Source: the human T2T-CHM13v2.0 reference genome, Homo sapiens. Taken from it: a stretch of DNA of 64,000 bases. The stretch lies in the NCBI RefSeq assembly GCF_009914755.1, contig NC_060926.1; one strand, written 5' to 3'. Each line of letters begins with the position of its first letter. Within the stretch, counting starts at the first letter, position 1. The position numbers and the translations under genes were made by a program. The notes under the pieces were generated by a model. It worked only from the letters and a program-made list of their open reading frames with translations, was not told where the DNA came from and searched no databases. This document shows positions 1 to 14,110 of this stretch, in pieces.

Positions 1-201
1 GTATTTTTCTTTTACACTGAGTCCTAGTCCTGTTAATATTAATATGTCAATTTATATGTAAATATTTCGAAGTCTCAATACCAGTGTTACCAATAATAAT
101 AAACCTAACCAGTGAAGTTTAGGATTTCGTTCCAGTACTTTTTCCCTAAGAATATATCCAAATAATGTATACAGATTACTGTTTTCTTTTATTTGTTACT
201 A

Positions 202-497
202 TTTTTTTTTTTGGAGACAGGGTCTCACTCTGTCACCCAGGCTGGAGTGCAGTATTATGATCTTGGCTCACTGCAACCTCCATGTCCCAGGCTCAAGTGA
301 CCGTCCCACCTCAGCCTCCTGAGTAGCTGGAACTACAGCTATACGCCACCAACTCTGGCTAATGTTTTTGTATTTTTTGTAGACACAGGGTTTCACCATG
401 TTGCCCAGGCTGCTCTGGAACTCCAGAACATAAGCAATCCACCCATCTCGGCTTCCTAAAGTGCTGGGATTACAGGTGTGAGCCACCAAACCTGGCC
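202..497 (-). mobile_element. Alu SINE, AluJ-like, full length
   Basis: Poly-T followed by gagacagggtctcactctgtcacccaggctgg...ggctcaagtg...gagccaccaaacctggcc; J-type diagnostics and diverged. Confidence 0.93.
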
Positions 498-569
498 CAG
501 AGTTTTCAAAAGTTACTTAAAATAGTCTTTTTTCCTCATATGGTTATATTATCTTACTTGGGAGGGGTT

Positions 570-930
570 AAAAAAACATTATTATGACAATTGGGGAAAT
601 TTGAATATGGCTAGATACTAATTGATATTATGGAATTACCATTCATTTTCTTAGGTATCACAATGGTATCGTGGTTAAGTACGTAATTGTCCTTATTCTC
701 AGTTAATTCATGTCAATGTAGTGATAAAGTGTCATGATGTCTGCAACTCTCTTTCAAATGGCATGGCATAACAAAGTGTGTGTGTGAAGGTAGAGAGAGA
801 GAGTAGAAATGATGAAGCAAATCGGGCAAAATATTAAAAATTAGTAAAACTGGGTAGAAATTATTTGCACTATTCTTATAACTCTTCCTTTGCTTGAAAT
901 TTTATGAATAATTAAAATTTAGAGAAAAAG
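570..930 (+). mobile_element. Old L1 (L1ME-type) 3' end fragment
   Basis: gacaattggggaaatttgaatatgg...gatattatggaatt...ttttcttaggt...aatggtat resembles L1ME 3' UTR sequence. Confidence 0.65.
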
Positions 931-1318
931 GTGGGAGAGAAAGAAAAATATTGTCATTGTTCCATATGAATTTTTTAAAGTGTTCCATACACATACGCAC
1001 AATCACTTTCCCACTTTGGGCAAAATTAATTAACGTATGTATCTTGAGGAAAGAAGCTTATAAGTTTGCTCTGTTTTAGCAGAAGGGTCAGACCATACAT
1101 AAGGCTCTGAGTGTTATACTGTGGAAGTGAATAGGCAGAAAGGAATGCAATCAGATGAGAATGGTGTCTTTGGTTTAATAGAATGTCAAGTTTTCTCAGC
1201 TTTCCTTCATTTCAGTTAAGTTTTTCTAAAGGCGAGATAGAACCCAAGTATGTAAGAATATTTTGCTTTTAAGCAGCAATACTGATGTTCCCCGCTTCTT
1301 CCACCATCCTGCTACACC

Positions 1319-1631
1319 TGGGGTCAGTACACATTTTGTGGAAACGGTGCCAAATAATAAATATTTCAGGCCTGCAGGCCATACAGTCTCTGTTGGCATC
1401 TATTCAACTCTGTCACTGCAGCACACGAAAGCAGCCAGAGACAAACAAAGAAGCTTGGCTCTGTTCCAATAAAACTTTACTTATGGACACAGAAATTTTA
1501 ATTTCATATAATTTCTACACAACACAAATTCTTTTTTATCTTCTTTTTTTGACCATTTAAACATGCAAAAACATATTCTTAGCTTGCAGGCAATACAAAA
1601 AACAGGCAGAGGGCCAGATATGGACTAACCC
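1319..1631. mobile_element. MER58 (MER58B-like) hAT-Charlie DNA transposon
   Basis: ggggtcag...gcaggccatacagtctctgttg...attcaactctg...gttccaataaaactttacttatggacac...ttcttagcttgcaggcaatacaaaaaacaggc. Confidence 0.8.
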
Positions 1632-2869
1632 AGAGAACAAAAGGGAAAACTTAAAATTGAATCTTTGTGTTGGCTGCCCTTTAGCTGCCTAGCTTAACTT
1701 TGGTGAAGGAAAGGGGCTCTCTTAGATGGTGTGACAGGTCTGAGCAGCACTATACTCTTAAGCCATTCAGCAGAGAGCAGGAGAGTCCTCTGAGACCTCC
1801 AAGATTAAAGAAGTCCATGAGCTGCTGTAAGTAGGGAGGCTTGCTTCAAGTTTGTAATCAGTGTGATTGGAGTCATAATGAAAGTAATGGTAACTGGAAC
1901 CTTGGTCTGTTAGTCCAGCATCTACTTAGAGTTGGAGAGCATTGTCTTATTTGCTCCCTTCTGCAAGTGAAGCCACCTTACCCACTGTCTGTGCCTTGAG
2001 GTCTTTACCTTGACAGATCAATCTCATGTTTATCTGTGCAATAAAATGGGTTTGCTTTCAGATATGAATTCGTCTTATTTAAATAAATGTATATTAGATA
2101 CTGATACAAATAACTTCCTAAGCAATAAGCTTTATTTGCAATAATTTATATCCTTTAACAATACTGCCATAGTGATCCTGAACCACGATGTTTGGGCATC
2201 ATCACGGTGGTGTCCTCTGGCCAGTGAGGATTTTCCTCCTAAACTCTTCTCCACTATTAATGGCAAATGAGTTGAAAGCATACTCCCTCCAAAAAGAACT
2301 CACAAAACAAAGACCTTATAGGGATGGAGACAGATATGGGGAAAGAGAAAGAGACAATATCCTCAATGTTAAAAGTTTGTTAGGAGAAAGATTTACATTT
2401 GTTTCACATGGTCTCAAACAATAAAAGGAGGACCAATGTGTACAAGAGACAGATCTGAGCTTACTATAAAAAATAAAGGAATTAAAAAAAGGAAAAGAAA
2501 AAAATTCTATAGCTATCAAAAGATGAAATATACTGCCCTCAAAGATAGCAAGTTCAACATCAGGAGATGCGTATGTACCTAGGATGTATGAAATGTAGGA
2601 ACACTTAGTAGAGAAGTGGAAGAGATTTAAACATTAAAACCATTGAACTAGATGACTTTTAAGATTTATGATCTTTAATACTCAGGCTTGACAATTTTGA
2701 GATGGTACTCTTTCCTTTGTTTAGAATAAAAAGGCAAACATAAATAACCAAGAGACAATTCCTTATTCCTGTAGTTTAAACAGAACTAAAACAAGTGTGA
2801 CTCATTCAACTATAACAAATCAGGCCCTACCATTTGTCTAGTAGTGGTTTATTCTAGTTAGATTCCTCT

Positions 2870-4240
2870 ACTCAATGAATATTTATTGAGATTGAGTTAC
2901 CTACAATGTGCCAGATACAAAGGTAGGATGGTGAAGACAGATGCAAATTCCACTTCCGTAGAATTTACTGGAGTTTACTGGAGAAGATAAAAATTTAACA
3001 AGTAATTACAATACAAAATGAGCGTTAAGACTGTACAGGAAAAGGGCACTATGGTGGTTTTCAAATAGGATCACAAATTATTTGATACTCCTCCTATTGA
3101 GAGTTTGGATCTAAATGCCTTCTACTTGAATCTTGATGGGCCTTATAATTACTTTGACCAGTGGATAAAACAGAAATAACACTATGTGATTTCCAAGACT
3201 AAGTCATGAAAGCTATAAGGCTTCTGCCTTTTTTTGTTGGAAGACAATCTCCTGGAGCTCAGAGGCATTATATAGGAAGTCTGGCTCCTCTGAGGCCACT
3301 ATGCTTTGAAGAAGCCGAGCTTCATGGAGAGACCATGCAAGGCTCCAAATGACAGTTCCCAGCTACCCCCAGCTTTCTAGTCATCTCAGCCCAGACGAAA
3401 GAAGACATCAGATTATTCCCCTCCCCTGCCATTCAAGTCCTCCAAGCTCAAACTCCAGAAATTATGAAGCAGAGAAAAACCATCCTCTTCACGCCCTGTC
3501 AAAATACTTGACTCTGTCCAAATTCATCTCAGCAGGCATCATGAAAACATACACCAAGAAGACATAACTTCAACAAGAGGCCAAAGAAGGTCTCACTGAG
3601 GAAGTCACATTTGTGCAGAGACATGAAGAACACAGGAATGTAGTCAGCCACAGGAATGTTCCCAGTAGAAGAAACATCCATCTGAAGACCCAGTGGATCT
3701 ACCAGGAACTGGCAGGGCCCAGCAGTCTGGAGAGGAGTAGGAGGGGCAGGACTCCAGTGAGAGATTAAAGAGCTAAGCGGAGTCCAGCCATGGGCATCCC
3801 ATGGGCAACATTAAGGCATCTGAACTTTACCCAAAGTGTGAAGAAAAACCACAGAAGGGTTTTCAGTATCTGAATGACATGACTAGCTGTGTTTGCTTTG
3901 GGGCAAGGCTGAAGTAGTGAGGTGTTGTGGCTGCAATTCAGGTGAGAGGATGGTGGCCCTATCAGGGTGACAGCAAAGGATATCAATATTCAAAAGGTAA
4001 ATTCACAGAATTTAATAAGCCCTTGGCTGTAGGAGTGGGGAGTAAGAGAGGGAAGAGTCACCTTGGGCTTCTGATTGGGCAGTGAGTACATCCTGTTGTC
4101 ATTTACAGAAAAGGGAATGCTGGAGGAAGAACAGGGTGGAGAGAGCAATGAATATCTCTATCTGAGGCATGGAAAATGTGAAGTGCCAGGGAGACATCCA
4201 TATGGCAAAGCCCCAGACAGCTGGCTAAACATTGTAGATA
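2870..4240 (-). mobile_element. L2 LINE fragments, split by the MLT1 LTR
   Basis: ctcaatgaatatttattgag...aatgtgccag at the left end; purine-rich gaaggtctcactgaggaagtcacattt...gggagacatcca continuation. Confidence 0.6.
3051..3520 (+). mobile_element. MaLR LTR (MLT1G/H-like) inserted into an L2
   Basis: tggtggttttcaaataggatcacaaattatttgatactcctcctattgagag...cttgaatct...gtgatttccaagactaagtcat; flanked by L2-like sequence on both sides. Confidence 0.7.
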
Positions 4241-4279
4241 AGGAGGAGGGTGTAGAGAGAAATGAATGTAACAGTGTGT

Positions 4280-4430
4280 ATTGTACTCCGGGTGCTTTAT
4301 ATACATCATTTCCTTTAATTCTGCTAACAATCATTTGGGTGTGTCCAGAGACATAGGTAACTTGACTAAGGTCATAGAGGTAGGAAGTGGTAAGATAGGG
4401 ATTTTAATACAGATTTTCTTACTCCACATT
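4280..4430 (-). mobile_element. MIR SINE fragment
   Basis: gtgctttatatacatcatttcctttaatt...ggtaacttgactaaggtcatag...gaagtggtaag matches the reverse-complemented MIR core. Confidence 0.7.
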
Positions 4431-5039
4431 AAAAAAGACAATCATAATGCCAGATGATTCTTTGTAGGTTTGGAAGGTAGCAAAATCAGCTTTTGGGAAT
4501 GCCTATCCAGTCAGTTTAGTGAGTGATCTGAACAGCTAACAGTATGAACACAGGTCAGAACAAGAGAAAGCTGTCCAGCTGGTCCAGGCCATGATGCAGA
4601 TGGCAATGCCACTTGTCCTTGATGCAGAGGGTTCACTGGTGCCCCGGTGTATTCTGGGTGACTAGAATGTCTTATAGAGCATGTCAAAACCTTTATAGGT
4701 TCTCGCATAGTAGAGACCCTCAGGGTTCTGCAGCACAATCATGCCTTCTTTGCAAGTTGTAATTTTTCTTTTAAGATCTAGCTCTTGAATCACTATTGGA
4801 CCCTGGTGATCATTATGATAACTATCATTTGTCAAGCAGATACATGTGGTAGGCATTGTAGTGAGTGTTTTCCATGTTTTAGTGTGTTTATTCCTCACAA
4901 GAACCATATAAGGTATGTATTTTTTTAACCTCTGTTTCATAAACAAGAGTTTGGCTCCTGACCTTAAGATACCAGGTAACAATGAGACTCATCGCTATTC
5001 CAATGAGCTGGGTGTCACTTGAGCCACCAGATGCTTCTA

Positions 5040-6739
5040 GGAGTACCTAAGCAGTACCAACTCATTAAACGAATGTAGAATGGGCCTTAAGACCCAAGTA
5101 ATTTACACAGACAGGCAGCTCCCACTCAGCATGCCACTCCTGCCACAGCAGCATCCTTTCAACCCACACCCACAGCCCCTAAGGCACCCTCTGGAGAAAG
5201 GAAAAAATGAGCCAGTTTTACAGCTGGATCTACACATGCACTGGTCCAGACAGAAGCAGAGTGCTGAGATTGATGGCCCTGCTCAGAAATGTCCCTGAAA
5301 GGGGATGGAGGAGGGAAATTTACCATGCAAATGTAATTTCAATAGGATGATTTCCATGTTCACTTTACCTCATGTAAAGAATTAGTGACTGGCTCATATT
5401 AGGTACTCAGCAAATATTTTTTAATAGATGAATAAAATATGGATTAATAACATTTTGTGGGCAGTAGCTAATGGTTTGGCCAGTAGATTAGGGACACTGA
5501 AGGAATAAGATTGGAGGATTGTGAAAATAAGTCCCTGAAAAATTGTTGGAATTAGTCCAGAGTTCCCATGTATTGTATATAGGTGATTTTAAAGAAGTAG
5601 GTGGGAGTCATGGCCTACTATGTGTGTATCAGTCTTCTTCCCCAGCAACCTGCCACTTGCTCAATGGGCTTATGATAAAATGCTCCTAGTGATGGGGAAC
5701 AGGAGATACGGACTGCTCAACCATGTCAGTTGCTTTTATCAAGGCTAATCTGACTACTGTAACTGTGAGTCCTTAACATGGTATAATACCCCAAAGGAAT
5801 CAGCCAATTTTAGCCAGTTCCAATACTTTATCGACCACTTTCTATTATGGAAAGGACAGAAAAAATAATTGGATTTTCTTTCACTATACACTGTTTTTGG
5901 GCCAACTGTGTATCCATAGTATCGCACAAGACATTGTTTCTTCCTAAGGAAGTCCATTAACTGTGTAGAAGTAGAGGAATGGGCTGAAGCGCAGGCATTC
6001 ACTGCATCACCCGGATACTGCTGTCCTTATAAGACGACAGATAGCCAATTGAAGACTCCACTACAGAACGAACTGGGAAGCAATATTTTCTGAGGTTCAA
6101 TGCTGTTTTATAAGAAGTGATTTTGCTCTGATTAGTGACCAATATATGGTGCTATTTCTCACAAAGACAGAATATGCACATAATTGTACCACTAAATACA
6201 AGTGGGAATGGTGCTTTTCACAATTAACCCCAAAGATCCTTTAATAAAATTTCTGTTTCCCATCCCCAGGACTCCAGGCTCTGCTGGTTTTACTTCTAAT
6301 GCTTCCATCGGAGGACAACAATGGTTACATTGACTTAAGATCTGATGCAAATGTTTACCTTTTGGGGTCTGTCATACCATGAAGCAAACAGACAGAAAAG
6401 AAGGTACAGTGTTGGTTGGAACAATAGACCTATCAATGGGAAATAGGAGTGTTATAATTTAATACAGGCAGGCAGAAGCAGATGAAATCCAAGGAATTCC
6501 TAGGACACCTTATGGAATTGTATGCCAGGGATAAAAGTCAACCTATGCAAGCAAGTCCTTCAGAAATTAAGGTAGGAGTCAACCTATTGAGTAAAGAACT
6601 GCAGTCAGTCAAGATGCTGGCTGAAAGCAATGGGCATACGTAATTCACAGTACAGAAGGGAAATTATAAATCTGAATTGTGATCTTGACCAAATTTGCAG
6701 AAGCAAGGACCACTTACAGAAAGGTGTTCATTTTGATCT

Positions 6740-6776
<37 letters not shown>

Positions 6777-7114
6777 TCTGTTCACTTCCTTCACCTCCCT
6801 TTTCCATACTATTTTACATGAGGTGTTGTTATTGGTAGTGAACTTTAAAATTCCATTCACAGGTCATGGAATATAAAGATAGATCATGACAAGATGAGAG
6901 GATGATAGGGCAAAAAGATATGACCCTAGGGATCTTGGATTTGGAACTGGATGCTGTAACAAATGAGACTTTAAGTTTATTCCCTTTGGGAATGAAGCGA
7001 GTACATTTTGGGTTGTAAAAGGTAAAACAACAGTCTTAGGTGGAAGCAAATTTTTTGCTGTTTTAGGTATAGAAAGAAGGGTATGTGTTGATTTTTCTAA
7101 CTAAAGCTGTGAAC
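5040..7114 (+). mobile_element. Degenerate ERVL internal region (RNase H/integrase remnants; ERV3-16A3_I-like)
   Basis: tgggcagtagctaatggtttggcc = WAVANGLA (5458-5481), cttgctcaatgggcttatga = LAQWA-, and catcacccg = HHP. These are ERVL pol motifs in the expected order, heavily frameshifted, and they abut an LTR at 7115. Confidence 0.75.
6741..6774. repeat. (AC)17 microsatellite
   Basis: Read directly. Confidence 0.98.
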
Positions 7115-7658
7115 TGTAGAAGGTGTTCTCTTTCTTTTTTCTCAGCTTCTGAGCCCCCTTCCTCCTTTGTAGAAATCCCCACTGTAAGCTGAGGCCTGAT
7201 GCTTGCTTTCCCAGCCTCCTCTGCAGCTAGAGCATGAGTGTGGGACCTGAGCTCTGCCCTATGGATGCTGCACTCAGAAGCCAGTGGTGCAGAGAAGCAG
7301 GGCCTGTCGAGGAGCTGTTAGGGCCCTGGGCAGGGTGGCACGACAGGAACAGGAACAAAGGCAGTGTTGCCAGCAGAGATGCCCAATGTCATGAGACCAC
7401 AGGGGAGGAGGCACGCCATGAGGTCCAGTAGTCATGGTTAAACTTAAGAGGATAATTCCGAAGGGAGTTGGGTTCCAATCCTGACTCTTTTCTATCTTCC
7501 CAGACTTCATTATTCCCAACAGTTTGCTAAGCTTGGGTCTGTGGCCTAACTGATGATTTTGTGGGCTACTCAAATATCTTTCCACAAAAATCTTTTTACC
7601 ACAAAATTTAACTAGAAAGGATTTCTGTTGCTTGTAAGCTAAAACCTTAGTTAATGCA
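7115..7658 (+). mobile_element. LTR16-family ERVL LTR (3' LTR of the adjacent internal remnant)
   Basis: Starts TG and ends CA; contains ttcccagcctcctctgcagctag and terminal ttctgttgcttgtaagctaaaaccttagttaatgca. Confidence 0.7.
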
Positions 7659-7814
7659 AGGAGGTTGGACTAGATGCATTGTATGATTCCTCCCAGTTTC
7701 AAAATTATATGACGCTGTAAAACTTATATTAGAATATATTTTTTAAAAAAACCCAGATTATAAACATGCTCCCTTCATTAACCTTCTAATTCTTATTTAA
7801 TATCATCTGATGGC

Positions 7815-7935
7815 TGTATTTATGTATGTATATTTATAAATAAACATAAATATATGTTATATATACATACATACATGTGTATGTATGTATATATATAAAT
7901 AAACATAAACATATATTTTTACACATACATATTTT
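7815..7935. repeat. TA/TATG-rich low-complexity tract
   Basis: Read directly. Confidence 0.85.
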
Positions 7936-8334
7936 TTTTCAGGGGTAGTCCCCCAAAAGAATAAACTTCAAGTGCCTGGAGTTCTATGGTATCCACCAGG
8001 GTAGTGGCATATTGTAAAAGCTACCATGTTATTTCTCCCAATCCATGGCTTTATTCTCCTTCCTTCATTTAACCTATACCAGCTAAGTTTCTGCCTACCT
8101 AGCCCTGCAGCTTTATAAAATCTTTGCAAAGTTTATGCCCAAAAGGTCAGTATTTCATTACTTAAAACTACTTAGTAAAACTCCCTAAGAAGTTAGTAAT
8201 AAAGACATCAATACATCAATAAAGTATATAATGGTTGCCTCCATATCACTCACAAATACTGTGTGATGTACTGGAGGACACAGCATCCTTTGCTGCTGCG
8301 GAAGACCTGCAAAGCATTTACCTCTGCATATAGG

Positions 8335-9450
8335 TGTAAAGGTTGCCAGAGAGAAAGGTTGGGTTACCCACGAAGGGATGCCCATCAGACTAACAGCGGA
8401 TCTCTCTGCAGAAACCCTACAAGCCAGAAGACAGAAGGGGCCAATATTCAACATTCTTAAAGAAAAGAATTTCAACCCAGAATTTCATATCCAGCCAAAC
8501 TAAGCTTCGTAAGCGAAGGAGAAATAAAATCCTTTACAGACAAGCTAATGCTGAGAGATTCTGTCACCACCAGGCCTGCCTTACAAGAGCTCCTGAAGGA
8601 AGTACTAAATACAGAAAGAAAAAACCGGTACCAGCCACTGCAAAAACATACCAAATTGTAGACCATCGACACTATGAAGAAACTGTATCAACTAATGGGC
8701 AAAATAACCAGCTAGCATCATAATGACAGGATCAAATTCACACATAACAATATTCACCTTAAATGTAAATGGGCTAAATGCCCCAATTAAAAGACACAGA
8801 CTGGCAAATTGGATAAAGAGTCACGACCCATTGGTGTGCTCTATTCAAGAGACCCATCTCACGTGCAAAGACACACATAGGCTCAAAATAAAGGGATGGA
8901 GGAATATTTACCAAGCAAATGGAAAGCAAAAAAAGGCAGGGGTTGCGATCCTAGTCTCTGATAAAATAGACTTTAAACCAACAAAGATCAAAAAAGACAA
9001 AAAAGGGCATTACATAATGGTAAAAGTATCCAAGCAACAAGAAGAGCGAGCTATCCTAAATATATATGCACCCAATACAGGAGCACTCAGATTCATAAAG
9101 CAAGTTCTTAGAGATCTACAAAGAGACTTAGACTCCCACACAATAATAGTGGGAGACTTTAACACCCCACTGTCAATATTAGACAGAACAATGAGACAGA
9201 AAATTAACAAGGATATTTAGGACTTGAACTCAGCTCTGGATCAAGCAGACCTAATAGACATCTACAGAACTCTTCACCCCAAGTCAACAGAATATGCATT
9301 CTACTCAGCACCACATCACACTTACTCTAAAATTGACTACAGAGCTGGAAGTAAAACACTCCTCAGCAAATGCAAAAGAACAGAAATCATAACAGTCTCT
9401 CAGACCACAGTGCAATCAAATGAGAATGCAAGATTAAGAAATTCACTCAA
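8335..9450 (+). mobile_element. L1PA7-like fragment: end of ORF1, spacer and ORF2 endonuclease domain
   Basis: ORF 8723-9220 MTGSNSHITIFTLNVNGLN...QETH...NIYAPN...GDFNTPL, with a premature TAG at 9218-9220; stops abruptly at the Alu. Confidence 0.95.
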
Positions 9451-9990
<540 letters not shown>

Positions 9991-11769
9991 AAACAACCTA
10001 ATGCTCCAACAAAAACTTTCAAATATCTGTAGCACTAGTTATGTACCAAAATAAAAGTCTGTGTTACTGAAGAGGAGAATTTGAGATAATTGATTCTCAA
10101 AAAGATCACAGCACCTAGATGTTCTATTCGGAATTACAGCATCTGTGGTCAATTCATTGACACATACATATGAAACAAAAATAATGGTGGGCATAAAGGG
10201 ATGTAATAATGCTCATTTTATACATTAAAAAACATATTCTAAAGTATTTCTGATTGTTGTCTGACCTTTACCAGACACATACCTGCTGACATTCCATTTT
10301 TTGACCTGAACAAGTAAATGCAACAGACAGATCAACTTAGCACACAACGAAAATCCAGTAACTCTTTAAATGAACAAGATTTCCAAATCAAAAATCAAAG
10401 TTGTAAACAACAAAGTAAAAGCAGCCTAAACTACTCAGCAAACGACATGCTTCAATTGCTTGTGGTTTGGAAGGAACCAGAGATGTACAGTCAACTTGAT
10501 GTACAGTCATCAGGAGCTAAATCATCATCCAAGACCTCTTGAATGACCTTCAGCTGTGCCATCTCTGCCCAGCTGGTGCTCCATTTGCCCACAGGCATAA
10601 GCTTGCTTGTTCATTTTCACATCAAAATTGCTATATATTGCTTTGTCCATGAATTTCTTATCCTCTCTGTCAATCATGCTTGCTTAGCTAAGCTCCATTC
10701 AAGAACTACTACGATAATATCCAAATAATCTGTGTATCCATGTCCCAATGTATGAACACACACATCTCCCACAATTTGTTTTGTTATACTGAGAAGCAGG
10801 TCATAAGTACTATTATTATTATTATTACTGTTGGCCACCAATGAGGTTTCTTTCCATGTCTTAAGTTACTGCTAATTTGCAAAACATTTCTAATATACAT
10901 ATAAAATACAAAACAGACAGTCCTATTAAGAACTGTATTTGTTTAATGGTTCACAGTGATCTTTGGACTATATCATTTGGCACATCCACTTGGAATGGGG
11001 ATTTGGTTGACAGAGACTTAATGAACAAGAGCATCCCCATTAATTTTGAGAAATCTCATGCTGAGAAGCAAAAACATGACAAATGTTTGTAAAAATTTCT
11101 GATTAAGTCACTTTACTAAACATACTCTTTAAAGATCTCAAACATTAGACTGTGAACCCACTTTAAATTTCCTTAATGCCTTCCAATACAACATGTCGAA
11201 ATTTGCACATTGTTAAGAAAAGACATGGAAAATAGAGAGAAACATCTGGCTTTGTTACTTAGAAAATGCAATAACTGTCAATTCTCTGATGTTGGCAAGG
11301 ACCTCAAAACACACACTAGATTCGCAAGGCCAATTTAGTGTTAGAAAGGCAGCTGGCTCTAGTCTCTTCCTTCCCAAATGGTCATTGACATCCTAAACTT
11401 CAAATGTTTACTGTTTTACAATACAGGAAAATGCTGTTATTTGGGAAAAAATAACCTAAAATTAGTGCTGCTTTTGTTTTTTGTACTGTGGAAAGCAACG
11501 TTTTCTCCACTAAACATACACACACATACATACACATAACTGGGTTGTTAGAAAAATAACACGCAAAATTTTTACTTGAAGTGGTTTTCTAGAATTGATA
11601 AACTGTTCCATGAATATAAGTTTCACCTATATGACCTCTCTGAGCTCAGTGAGGGTACTGTCTAGGAAAAGAGAAATTATGGGCATTTCTACAAAAAGTG
11701 GAATGGTCTCAAGAACCCAGTAGGTGACTTTGGGCCCATACTTGAGAAAGTGTAGAAAGAACTTTAGTA

Positions 11770-11948
11770 CAATGGTTCTTAAATTTTGCTGCACTTTAGA
11801 ATCCCCTAAGAATTTCCCAAAAATGTGGGGGTCAGAATTTTCCCCAGAGATATGAATTTAGTTGGTCTGGAGTCTGGCCTGGGCATCAGGACTTTCAAAG
11901 GCTCCCCAAGTGATTCTAATGTAGCAAAGAATGGAATAACAGCTGCTC
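11770..11948. mobile_element. MER5-family hAT-Charlie MITE
   Basis: caatggttcttaaattttgctgcactttagaatc...ggcctgggcatcagg...ctccccaagtgattctaatg. Confidence 0.8.
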
Positions 11949-13719
11949 TAGTGTTACATGAGCATTGACTGATAAAGTTCTTAGAACCTGTAGCATCCAT
12001 TTGTTGGTTGTACCCAACTTCAGTTTTTTTGGTCATGAAATGATATCTAGAGGAACTCCTTAGCTAAGTAAATCTGCTTTTAGAGATCTTTAAAATTATC
12101 TTCTGGAGTATATTGTTAAAACATTTTTAAAACATTAAAATTAGCACAAAGGAGGTAAAATGAGAAAAGCAAGCTATTTATTAAATTATAAGAAACAGCA
12201 ATGGAGATAAGTAGATGAAAGGCCACAATATAATTATCCTTATTAAAGCAATAATTGGCAAATACAGAGGAATAAGATTGTTAACTACAACAGAGCTGAA
12301 CTTCAGAAAAGTCAAAGATTGAACATTGTAATAAGCATTTTCAAAATGTCATAATGTAAAGGGGAGAAAGGCCCCTGTGCTTGGAAGAATGGTCTAATTT
12401 CTGCTTGCATGCTCTGCAACAGTCACTGATAATAGAAAGCAGTGATGCTAAAGATATACAACAAATGAGATATGACCGTTACATATCCTAGCTTTCTACT
12501 CCTCCCTGTGTGTAGAATCTTTCACTACCCAACATAAAGAATGCTCAGTAAAGAAAGTTTCTGGGAACAGGGTAAGTGTTTAAAAACACCTGAAAACAAA
12601 ATAAACATATACATCAAAGTATCACTGCAGCTGTAGAGAACTCTACACTGCAGTGACCAGGGCACCAGTATTGGTCCCAGCAAGGTTAGTTAGGAAGTGC
12701 AGTCAGTGCCCTGCTGAAAAGAAAGAACAACTACTGCATGCGAAAGAGAGACAGTTTAGCTTTCAGCAGTGGTGGGGTAGGGGGAGGGGGAGAAGACTTT
12801 GGGTAAAAATTACCATGAGGGCTAAGTGGCAACGTTTTGGGATGGCTAGAAAGGAACTTGGAGCATAGAGTTACAGAAACTAAAGAACACAAAGAATAAA
12901 CATTGTGGTAAAAAAAAAAAAAAAAAAAAAAGACAAAGATACATTCTTATGTCTATTTTGAAGACTGTCATTTGTTACCCAAGAAAACTAAAGGTATCTT
13001 TCACTTAATACTCATATTTTGATTAGCATTTTAACTTTTATACATTTCGCTATCCAGTTTGCTCACCAATTTGAAGCCCATCACAAGACAATCAATGAAA
13101 CTGAAACTTACCTGTGGCAAGCACCCCAATATCCACCAATTTATTGTTGCAACATAAAAAATGAAATGAAAACTACTAGAAATTAGGTAATAAAAACACA
13201 ATATTTCAAACTTTGTAGAATATGGCCAAAAATAAACAGGAAAATAAAAACTATAGCCGAGTGAATTGATTAGGAAATAAAATACATTGAAAATAAAATA
13301 ACTAAAGCTTTCAACCCAAGAGGCCAGAAAAAGCACAATAATATTCAGGGTCATGTTTCATTCTTTGTCTTCCTTTAGCCTCCAACCCTGATGACATGAG
13401 TCATCAACTCTAACTCATGTAAATACTGCACACACATCTGTCAGCTTTTGTAGCACTTCTGCTTCCCGCTGTCACTTCCTTAGTTCAGATACTTTTTCTC
13501 ACAGAGCTTACTGAAGGAAACTTATAATTGGCTTCTTGGTCACCAATTTCTACCTATTTCAAAAATAATTTCTGTCCTCCCCAGAAAAAAAAAAAGATGA
13601 ACTTTTCTAAAGGATCTAGCAAAAGTCTAGAGCTGTAGAGCTATTTGGAAGCATGTCCCCAGGCTGGAGATTAAATTTGGTATACGTGTCAGCTCTCCTT
13701 AATAAAATTTCAATACAAA

Positions 13720-14110
13720 AAAAATCAACAACCTTTCTAAGTGAAATTTGACATAAGAATAGCTAAGATATTTTTGAAAAGAACAATGAGTGAACACTTG
13801 TTCTACTAGATAGCAAAACAGAATAATTAGAACAGGACACTATCAATGTAGAACTATAAACATAGATCAGTTTTTAATCTAATCAAGAGTCCATATGGAT
13901 ATAAAAGTATAATTAGAAATGTAACATATAACAAAGGTGGCATTTTAAATCAGTGGGTAAAGATGAATCATTAAATAATTGGTGTTGAGATAGTTGGCTA
14001 TCAATTTAGAACAATTTAGCTCATATCACTCATTAAAATAAGTTCCAGATGGCTACAGAACTAAATTTTAGAAGAAATATGAATAATATATACTATTTTA
14101 AAAGAATTAG
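13720..14110 (+). mobile_element. Old L1M ORF2 fragment
   Basis: aagaatagctaagatatttttgaaaagaac...caaaggtggcattttaaatcagtggg...ggtgttgagatagttggcta is a degenerate ORF2 C-terminal region. Confidence 0.65.
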
